Below, piece by piece: positions 36,914-44,202 of a stretch of 64,000 nucleotides of DNA (position 1 is its first letter; each line of letters opens with the position of its first letter). Under the pieces are notes generated by a model. It made no database searches. It saw only the letters and a list, made by a program, of their open reading frames with translations, and was not told the DNA's origin. The position numbers were made by a program, and so were the translations under genes. The stretch comes from Candidatus Cybelea sp. (GTDB taxonomy: Bacteria > Vulcanimicrobiota > Vulcanimicrobiia > Vulcanimicrobiales > Vulcanimicrobiaceae), in NCBI GenBank assembly GCA_035695445.1, contig DASRSI010000009.1:9974-73973 (forward strand), given 5' to 3'.

Positions 36914-38309
36914 TGCTGGTCACCGCCGTCACCAGCGAATCTTTTCCCCTCGTTGCGGTGCGGACGGCCATTCGGACGTAATCGATGACTTCGGGCAGGC
37001 GTCGCGCGTAGCCGCTCAGGAATCGCCACGAGAAGAGGCGCTTCGGCGAGAGATACTCGGCTTCGTACAGTAAGAGCAGATTCGTCAGGATAAAGTGGCG
37101 CATCGCTCGGCCACGGTTGATGTGAACGCGCCAGCGCTTCGAGATGTCGACGTTGGTGAAGACGTCGTTGCGCAGCGAGCCCGAGAGAACCGCGGGGCTC
37201 ACCGAAATGACGCTGTCGTAACGCTGCGGCATCCCTTCGCTGCGCTCGATCGCCGCCTTACCGAAGTCGACCGTCCAATACTCCGGCTGCTCCTTCTCGA
37301 TGGTGAAGACCCAGCGCGTGTTGCGGATGAGCGGGCGCACCAGGCTCGTCGCGCGGAAAAACTTCGCGAAGTATTTCGAAAAATCGTCGAAGGCGATCTC
37401 TTTGGTCGCTTCGGAGCGATAGGTCTTTTCGAGCCGCTCGCCGACCTCTTGCGCGCGCTGTTCGGCATAGGCGACCATATCGTCGACGCCGTTATCGGTC
37501 AGGTCGAATCCCGAAGCCGACGACCAGCGGCTGCCGACCGGCATGATCGTCAGCGACGTCCCCGGCGTACGCGAGGCATTCGACTCGAAGTACTCCTTCA
37601 TTTGAGCGGCGGAGACCAGGAAACGATTCTCGTCGCGCACCTCGCGGTGTAGATGGCAGATGCCGCTCGCAAACGGAATCGCATAGCGGGGCCGCAGTTG
37701 CTGCGCGGCGGCAACGAAAGCTTCCATATAGGTGCGTCCGTCGACGGGAAGCCGGTCGGCGGGATCTTCAAAGGTGTAGCGGGTGGGGTACGACCATGCC
37801 GGCGAGTGGCTGCGCAGCATGAAATCGGGCTTCGGATACTTCGCGCGGAAGGCGCGCCAGGTTGACGGCAACGGCTTGGCGTCGTTGAGATCAACGAGCA
37901 CCGTGCCGCCCGATTCGACGACCGCGACGCTATCGTCTTGAAAACTGATCTGATAACTCGTCAGCGAGAAATCCTCGCCGAGGGCAAGACGCTCGCCGTG
38001 TTTGAGCTCGACGACTTTTTCAAAACCGATCTCGGTCAACTGCTGCTTCAGACCGGAGATCGGGAACTTCGGAACGACGGCCGTCGTGGTCTTTCCGAAC
38101 TTCCGCAACGTCTTGGGATCGAAGTGATCGAAGTGCCAGTGCGTGATGTAAATGTAGTCCGCGCTAAAAATCTCGTCGGTGAAGATCGGCGGCGGCGCGT
38201 GCCACCAAGCCGACCAATAGGTTGGTTCGTTCAACCAGGGATCGATAACGAGTCGCTTGCCGGCGGCCTTCACTTCGAGGCAGGCGTGACTTACGATGCG
38301 GAACTCCAT
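36900..38309 (-). CDS. MBL-fold metallo-hydrolase with a long C-terminal extension
   Basis: The N-terminal roughly 230 aa carries the metallo-beta-lactamase-fold motif YIYITHWHFDHFD (HxHxDH). There is no signal peptide. The C-terminal roughly 230 aa belongs to no family I recognise. Confidence 0.7.
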   Translation of the reverse strand: MEFRIVSHACLEVKAAGKRLVIDPWLNEPTYWSAWWHAPPPIFTDEIFSADYIYITHWHFDHFDPKTLRKFGKTTTAVVPKFPISGLKQQLTEIGFEKVVELKHGERLALGEDFSLTSYQISFQDDSVAVVESGGTVLVDLNDAKPLPSTWRAFRAKYPKPDFMLRSHSPAWSYPTRYTFEDPADRLPVDGRTYMEAFVAAAQQLRPRYAIPFASGICHLHREVRDENRFLVSAAQMKEYFESNASRTPGTSLTIMPVGSRWSSASGFDLTDNGVDDMVAYAEQRAQEVGERLEKTYRSEATKEIAFDDFSKYFAKFFRATSLVRPLIRNTRWVFTIEKEQPEYWTVDFGKAAIERSEGMPQRYDSVISVSPAVLSGSLRNDVFTNVDISKRWRVHINRGRAMRHFILTNLLLLYEAEYLSPKRLFSWRFLSGYARRLPEVIDYVRMAVRTATRGKDSLVTAVTSIAEG

Positions 38310-38337
38310 TACCGCCCCTTCTTCGCTCTTTGTCCCC

Positions 38338-38443
38338 CCGTCCTTCGCGCTAACAAGTTCCTTAACGCCTGCGCGAAGCGGTCCTTCGACTACGCGCCCT
38401 TCGTCTCGCTGCGCTCGCTTAGGGCGCTACGCTCAGGATGACA
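38338..38443. repeat. REP/MITE-like element, copy f (intergenic, between the A5 stop and the MBL start)
   Basis: ...GTCCTTCGACTACGCGCCCTTCGTCTCGCTGCGCTCGCTTAGGGCGCTACGCTCAGGATGACA, with an extra CCTTCGCGC unit at the left end. Confidence 0.7.
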
Positions 38444-38454
38444 ACAGTTAACGT

Positions 38455-39864
38455 TTATTCGGTGTCGACGGGAAGATACGATGGCCGCTGGTGCAAAAAG
38501 TAAGCGCGCGAGTACTTTGTGGTAATTGTCGTAAAGGCGCGCGGCGGCTGCGTGAAGTCGAAGCAGTCGATAATACTGGCCGCGCGTTTGTCGGTCGTTC
38601 CCAATCGCCCCAGCCCCCAGATGTTTTCGACGAACTTGAGAATGCTGCCGAACTCGTACTGCGTGTGTGAAACATAGCCGGGCACGCTCGGAGTGGCCTC
38701 ACGCGCGTACGGTGAAACGACAATCATCGGAACGCGAAATCCCAAGCCTCCCCATTCGTCGAAGAAGGGCGGCGGTTCGTGATCGTACATGCCTCCCCAA
38801 TCGTCCCAGACCACGATGATGGCGCTCGTATTCCAATAGTCGCTCTTGCCGATCGCGTTGACGATGCTCGCAACCCACGACGGTCCGGTATCGGAGTGAT
38901 TTCCGGGATGATCGGAGTTCGGGTTATCGGGCACGATCCAAGAGACCGCGGGCAGCTTTCTGGCGGCAACGTCGCTGAAGAAAAGGTTCGACTCGGCAAT
39001 GTTGGTCGTCCATTCCGGACCTTCGCGTACGGCTTTGATGGCGTCGAACGCATTCCAGTATCTACCGGTGCTGGCTTCCTTGGGCGAGTAGTATTTCCAA
39101 CTCAGCCTGTTGGCATCGAGCAAATCGCGCAGCGTTAGATAGTCGAAGCACGGGAACGGCCCGCGCCGGTATTCGAAGTGGATCTTCTTATTGGGAGTGG
39201 CGTGGAGCAGCGACGTGTCGGTGCCCGTCGGCGCGTCGCAGCCCCACGGCTGCGCAGTCGGAAAGTCGACGATGCTCTTCGTGTCGCGGGGCCGGTTGAT
39301 GATCGTCGCTCCGGCGATCAGATCTTGATGTGCGGTGAAACTGCCGCTGCCTTGCGTCTGAAAGAGATGATCGGCGAGCACGTATTCTTTGGCGAGATCC
39401 CAGTCGGGTGCGAGCTGGGCCGGATCGACGTATTGATAGACCTTTGTGCCGGCCGGCCCGCGGCATTTTTTTCCGGCGCCCTCGAGACCGAAACCATCCA
39501 TCTTTCCGCCGTCGTAATCGAGCCTGACGGCGCGATAGGAGTGGCCGAAATCGCATGGCCCGACGAGGTCGACTTTTTGCAGCGGTACGTAGGTGTCGCC
39601 CGATCCCGACGAATTCTTCATGTAGCCAAATGTCGTTCCATCGGCATTCGGAAACGTCGCAAAAAAATTATCGAAGCTGCGATTCTCCTGAATGACGATC
39701 ACCACGTGCGAGATCGGAACGCTGCCTGCAGGCGGACGCCCAGCGGCGCGCAGCGACGCGTCAACGGAGGGCGACGTTCGCAGAACGGACGCCCCGCACG
39801 AGGTAAGCGCGAGCGCCGCGATACAATAAGCGGCGGCGCGTGCAACCCCGCGCCGCAATCTCAC
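38455..39864 (-). CDS. Phosphoesterase-family lipoprotein, clade A copy A5
   Basis: In-frame GTG at 39864 overlaps the DUF4097 stop (GTGA) and gives VRLRRGVARAAAYCIAALALTSC. Motifs [51 protein letters not shown]. Tail PVDTE. The upstream 640 nt of the track ORF is an Arg-rich out-of-frame shadow of the DUF4097 gene. Confidence 0.9.
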   Translation of the reverse strand: MRLRRGVARAAAYCIAALALTSCGASVLRTSPSVDASLRAAGRPPAGSVPISHVVIVIQENRSFDNFFATFPNADGTTFGYMKNSSGSGDTYVPLQKVDLVGPCDFGHSYRAVRLDYDGGKMDGFGLEGAGKKCRGPAGTKVYQYVDPAQLAPDWDLAKEYVLADHLFQTQGSGSFTAHQDLIAGATIINRPRDTKSIVDFPTAQPWGCDAPTGTDTSLLHATPNKKIHFEYRRGPFPCFDYLTLRDLLDANRLSWKYYSPKEASTGRYWNAFDAIKAVREGPEWTTNIAESNLFFSDVAARKLPAVSWIVPDNPNSDHPGNHSDTGPSWVASIVNAIGKSDYWNTSAIIVVWDDWGGMYDHEPPPFFDEWGGLGFRVPMIVVSPYAREATPSVPGYVSHTQYEFGSILKFVENIWGLGRLGTTDKRAASIIDCFDFTQPPRAFTTITTKYSRAYFLHQRPSYLPVDTE

Positions 39865-40571
39865 GGATGCTGCCGAAGTGCGATTGCGCCCGTCGTCGTC
39901 GCGAGCTTGATGCGCCCGCTCCCGGTGCCGATCGTGCCTCCGCCGCGCGCGCCAACGAGATTCTCGCGCGTCTGCGTCACGCCCGGAATATTGCTGGTGA
40001 AGTCGCCGACGGTGCTCGCCGCTTGCACGGTCGCACTGCTGCCGGGGGCGACGATCAGGGTTAGGGCGCCGGTCGTCGCGCGCAGATCGATCGAGCGGTT
40101 TCGCTCGACCAGGCCGACGTCGGCCGTAATCTCGCCGGCCTCGGTTTGAATCTGCACGTCGCCCCGCACACCCGCGATATCGACGGCTCCGGCGTCGTTG
40201 GAGATTTGCAGCGACGCGTCGTGGGGAACGAAGATGCGATAGCGCACGCCGCCTCCGTGCACGCCTCTTCCATAATGTGTCGCGATCGAGACTCCGCCGG
40301 GCTCTCGCGCCACGGCAATCGCGACGCGATGCAGTTCCTCCGCATTGTATCCGTACTTCGTCGCCTCGACGTCGACGATCGGCTTCGCCCATGCCTCGAC
40401 CCGAACGGCTCCGGCCACGTTTTCGATCACGACGGCAGGGGCAGAGCCGGCCGAAACCGTCTGGTGAACCTCCTCCCGAACGCGCTCGCCGAAGGCCCCG
40501 CTGCACGCCTCGAGGATTGCGAAAATCGCGAAGGCGGCGGCGATTCCTCGAGCGAAGGCAGAAAGCCCCAT
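39861..40571 (-). CDS. DUF4097-like beta-strand repeat protein (LiaG/YvlB-like putative adhesin), membrane-anchored
   Basis: ATG at 40571 gives MGLSAFARGIAAAFAIFAILEAC. This is followed by repeated motifs of the type V..V.G.V.V and G.I....G: VIENVAGAVRVEA, ISNDAGAVDIAGVRGDVQIQTEAGEITA, ATTGALTL. Confidence 0.6.
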   Translation of the reverse strand: MGLSAFARGIAAAFAIFAILEACSGAFGERVREEVHQTVSAGSAPAVVIENVAGAVRVEAWAKPIVDVEATKYGYNAEELHRVAIAVAREPGGVSIATHYGRGVHGGGVRYRIFVPHDASLQISNDAGAVDIAGVRGDVQIQTEAGEITADVGLVERNRSIDLRATTGALTLIVAPGSSATVQAASTVGDFTSNIPGVTQTRENLVGARGGGTIGTGSGRIKLATTTGAIALRQHP

Positions 40572-40650
40572 AGCCGCGGTCACTCCGCGTCTAAGGAGGA
40601 CATTCCCTCCCTCATTCGCTCGCACGCAAAGGGACGTACATCAGAGCACG

Positions 40651-41292
40651 ATGGCTATAGCGCCGCCACGAGTCCTATTCATCGCCTCCTTCCCGACTCG
40701 GGAACGAGGGGTCGCATCCTTCACGCAGGACCTCGTGATGAATTACGCCGCGCTGAGCGGGTCGCGCATAGACGTGGTTGCGGTGGCAAATCCCGACCTT
40801 CGCGACACGATTGCGTACCGTGTCGTAGGCCACATTGATATCGTGCATCCTCAGTCGTTTTACGATGCGGCCGCACGCGCGAATCGCGATCCGTACGATG
40901 TCGTGAGCATTCAGCACGAGTACCGCTCGTTCGGCAGCGATGCCGGCGAGTGGTGCATCGGATTCATGCGTGCGCTGCGCAAACCGGTCGCGCTCTCCTT
41001 GCATAGCGTCACACCGAGCCCGGGAGCGAAACACGGCTCGCTGGTGCGCGCGCTCTGCAACGCCGCAGCGAAGATCGTCGTGCTCGGCCGCGGCTCGCGT
41101 CGGCTCCTGATCAGCGATTACGGAATCGACCCGCTCAAAATCAAGGTCGTTCTCTGCGATCTTCCGGAGATGCCGAACGGATTGCGAATCGCACGATCGC
41201 ACGCAGTGCTCTTCAAGGCAGTTCGCAGCTGGAACGTGATGCGCTCGCTGCCGCTGATGACGCCGGTCAGCCTGCCAAACCTCGCCGTTTAG
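40651..41292 (+). pseudogene. Truncated GT4-type glycosyltransferase (N-terminal domain only)
   Basis: RVLFIASFPTRERGVASFTQDL and VVSIQHEY resemble the Glyco_trans_4 N-terminal domain. The ORF ends at 213 aa without the C-terminal Glycos_transf_1 half. The next gene starts 30 nt later. Confidence 0.4.
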
Positions 41293-41322
41293 CGACGAAC
41301 CGCATAGAACGGTAGCCCGATC

Positions 41323-42561
41323 ATGGCCGAGCGGTTCGCACTGCTCATCGGACTCTCGCTCTTCTTCGGCTTCGCGTTCGAAGAGTTCTACTCCGGAGAG
41401 CTGCCGCGGCGTCCTGGCGGGGTTCGCACGTTTCCGCTGCTGGCGCTCACCGGTGGCGGCCTCTATCTGATCGAGCCGCGCTACGGCGCGCCTTTCATCG
41501 CCGGCCTCTTTATTATCGGCGCTTGGATCTTCGCCTACGTGCGGCGTCAGGGTAAGATCGATGCGAACGGCGTCGAGGGCGCCTTCATCGTACCGATCTG
41601 CAACTTGCTCGCGTTCGCGCTCGGAGCGATCGCGCTCACTCAGCCGCTCTGGCTCTCCGTCGGCATTGCGGTCGCGGCGGTGCTCCTGCTCGGCGGAAGG
41701 CGCACGCTGCACGACTGGGCGGCGCGCGTTTCGGGCCAAGAGATCGTGACGGCGGGGCAGTTCTTGATTTTGGTCGGCGTCGTCTTGCCGCTGCTTGCGG
41801 ACCGGCCGCCGATTCCCTATACGACCGTCACACCGTTTGGCGTTTGGCTCGCGGTCGTCGCGGTCTCGTCGATTTCGTATGCGAGTTATCTCCTCGAACG
41901 CTTCGTCTTTCCCAGCGCCGGTACGATCGTGACGTCGCTCCTCGGCGGCCTCTACTCGTCGACGGCGACGACCACCGTGCTCGCACGCCGCGCGTTCGAC
42001 GAAGGCATGACCGCCGAGATCGAAGCCGGCATGGTCGCGGCGACGGCGATGATGTACCTGCGCGTGCTCGTGGTCTGCTCGATCTTCAACCTCGCGCTCG
42101 GCGAGGCGCTCGCGATTCCACTGCTCGCGCTCGCCGCGATCGCCGGCGCGTTCGCTGCGTGGCGCTTTCGTTCGGCAAAGCCCTCGTCGCCAACGACCGA
42201 TTTCCCGAACCCGTTGCAGATTTGGACGGCACTCGTCTTTGCGGTGCTCTTCGTCGCGGTCTCGATGCTGGCGACGTTGGCACAAACCCATCTCGGACGA
42301 TCGGGCGTCTTTGCCCTCGCGGGCATCGTCGGCGTCACCGACATTGACCCGTTCGTCTTGAGTCTCGCGCAAGGCGGCGCTGCGGGAATCGGCGTGACGA
42401 CGGCGGCGGCGGCAATCCTGATCGCGGCCTCATCGAACAATCTGCTCAAAGCCGTCTACACGCTGCTCTTCTCGCGGGGCCGTGCCGGCGCGGGCCCAGC
42501 GGTCACGCTCGGCGCTCTCGCGGCGCTTGGTGTTGCCGCCGCGTTTTTCATAATCAGGTAA
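41323..42561 (+). CDS. Polytopic membrane protein, MgtC/DUF4010-like
   Basis: 412 aa with about 10-12 hydrophobic segments. The N-terminus LLIGLSLFFGFAFEEF resembles the MgtC/SapB start, and the long hydrophobic C-terminal part resembles DUF4010. Assignment is by eye only. Confidence 0.5.
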   Translation: MAERFALLIGLSLFFGFAFEEFYSGELPRRPGGVRTFPLLALTGGGLYLIEPRYGAPFIAGLFIIGAWIFAYVRRQGKIDANGVEGAFIVPICNLLAFALGAIALTQPLWLSVGIAVAAVLLLGGRRTLHDWAARVSGQEIVTAGQFLILVGVVLPLLADRPPIPYTTVTPFGVWLAVVAVSSISYASYLLERFVFPSAGTIVTSLLGGLYSSTATTTVLARRAFDEGMTAEIEAGMVAATAMMYLRVLVVCSIFNLALGEALAIPLLALAAIAGAFAAWRFRSAKPSSPTTDFPNPLQIWTALVFAVLFVAVSMLATLAQTHLGRSGVFALAGIVGVTDIDPFVLSLAQGGAAGIGVTTAAAAILIAASSNNLLKAVYTLLFSRGRAGAGPAVTLGALAALGVAAAFFIIR

Positions 42562-42732
42562 GCATCCTTACCGCGCGATCAACGAATGAACGCTCGACAG
42601 CTTCGCACTTGCTTACGGCGCGACGCGCGAAAAAGTTTCTGAGTTGAGCGCAATCCAAATCGAGCTTTGATCCGTTCACGGACAACATCCCTATCCCAGA
42701 TACTCGAGATTCTCTCGAGATAAGGAGCACCC

Positions 42733-43677
42733 GTGAACGGAGATCTTCGCAGCGTCGCCGCCGTGGCGACGCTCGCGCTATGCGCGCTCAGTGCGTGCGC
42801 ACCGCAACAATCAGATTCGCTCGGCGGCTTGCCTGCCGGTGGATCGGCATCGAGTTCGGGCTATCAGCGATCGTACGCATACGATCCCGATACAACGGCG
42901 AACACTCTACCGGGGGCGGCGACGCTCGACACGCTCGATCCATTTGCCGCCCGTATACACGACAATCAGACGGTCGGCTTCGGCGCCGGCCAGCGCCTCA
43001 TCTTCAACTATCAACAGCAGTTCGATTGCGTCGTTCAACCCTCCGACGACCGGAACTATAACGGCAAGGAAGCGGCGCTCGATCCAAAGGAGCTTTACAC
43101 GCCCGAGTGCCAAGTCGGCGCGCCCTCGACGATCGACCCAACCGGAGCCTCGGTGAAGAAGAGCGATCCGCTCTACGTACTGGTCCCGTTCTTTGAGACC
43201 AACAAGAAGACGCCGGCCTTTACCAAAGCGCTCGGTCAAGCGCTCAAGAAGCTTTTCGGCTTCGTCCCCGATGCGTTCAAGCCCGACCCCGGCGTCGCGG
43301 TTCAATGCCCCACACCAAAGGACAAGCCCGGCAGCTGCACGATGCATCCGCTGCAGACCGACCTCGGTCCCTTGCTGACCGCTCTCGGCCTGCTTCCGCA
43401 GAATACGAACCTCTACGTGCCGCTGGTCAATCACGACCATCTGCTCGCCGATAGCGACGTGAACCAGACCAAAGAGTGGTGGCAGGTCATCGTCTTGCTC
43501 GTCGAAGATCCGAAGGCGTGGCCGAATGCGCAGGGCACGAGCGGCATCACCTCGGTCGCCAAACTGCAAGCGGCTCAACAGAAGAAACAGGCTAGTGCAA
43601 ACGTCGCTACCAACTTCTTTCTCTACTTCAACTCAAAAGCGATGGCCAAGGGCATGAATCGGATGCCCGGAATGTAA
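42733..43677 (+). CDS. Hypothetical lipoprotein
   Basis: AAGGAG lies 6 nt before the GTG at 42733. Lipobox CALSAC. No family recognised. Confidence 0.55.
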   Translation: MNGDLRSVAAVATLALCALSACAPQQSDSLGGLPAGGSASSSGYQRSYAYDPDTTANTLPGAATLDTLDPFAARIHDNQTVGFGAGQRLIFNYQQQFDCVVQPSDDRNYNGKEAALDPKELYTPECQVGAPSTIDPTGASVKKSDPLYVLVPFFETNKKTPAFTKALGQALKKLFGFVPDAFKPDPGVAVQCPTPKDKPGSCTMHPLQTDLGPLLTALGLLPQNTNLYVPLVNHDHLLADSDVNQTKEWWQVIVLLVEDPKAWPNAQGTSGITSVAKLQAAQQKKQASANVATNFFLYFNSKAMAKGMNRMPGM

Positions 43678-43764
43678 TCAACGGCGCCGCCACGTTTACC
43701 TAGTGGTTCTTGGTGGGAAGAAGGGAGCGACTTACTTCTTACCGCTACGGAAATCGGAGGATCG

Positions 43765-44202
43765 ATGCGGATTTTTCAATCGGCGGCACTCGTCGTAAGC
43801 CTCGGTGTCGGATTAACGGCAACGGGGCTCGCGGCAACCAACACGATGAATCACGTCAACAATGCGATGTCCGCGCATTCGATGACGATCAATCTCGGAG
43901 CCCAAAACGGCTCCAAACAGGATGGCCAAGCCTTCTTAAACGACACCTCGGCGGGTCTGCGGGTCAAGCTTCAGGTGAAGAACGAACCCGCGGGCGCTGC
44001 TGAGCCGGCGCACATCCATCAGGGCACCTGTGCGAAGCTGAATCCCGCGCCGTGGAAGGGACTTTCGAACGTCGTCGGCGGCGTCTCGGTGACGACGATT
44101 CCGAATCTCACGCTGGCCGACCTCAAGAAGGCCCACTACGCGATCAATATTCACGAGAGCGCCGCAAACCTCAAACATTACGTTTCGTGCGGTGACCTCT
44201 AA
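43765..44202 (+). CDS. Small secreted protein with His-rich CHRD/Cu,Zn-SOD-like motifs
   Basis: GGAGGA precedes the ATG. Signal peptide MRIFQSAALVVSLGVGLTATGLAA. Motifs PAHIHQGTC and AINIHES. Family assignment is tentative. Confidence 0.5.
   Translation: MRIFQSAALVVSLGVGLTATGLAATNTMNHVNNAMSAHSMTINLGAQNGSKQDGQAFLNDTSAGLRVKLQVKNEPAGAAEPAHIHQGTCAKLNPAPWKGLSNVVGGVSVTTIPNLTLADLKKAHYAINIHESAANLKHYVSCGDL

Noticed and set aside
39865-40506. N-terminal 214 codons of track ORF 38455-40506, which would make phosphoesterase A5 a 683-aa protein.
   Set aside because: The extension is extremely Arg-rich and overlaps the well-formed DUF4097-like ORF in another frame. An in-frame GTG at 39864 gives a normal lipoprotein signal and overlaps the upstream stop.
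42703-42719. Palindrome CTCGAGA-TTC-TCTCGAG just upstream of the RBS of lipoprotein gene 42733.
   Set aside because: It has only a 7-bp stem and a single occurrence, so it could be chance. No partner site or regulator is evident.
42721-42740. Shared initiation context AAGGAGCA-N3-GTGAACG between the 42733 lipoprotein and S53 copies 1 and 3, considered as evidence of homology or a regulatory element.
   Set aside because: Similarity ends after the first two codons and the mature proteins are unrelated. It is most simply a strong RBS plus a common MN- signal-peptide start.
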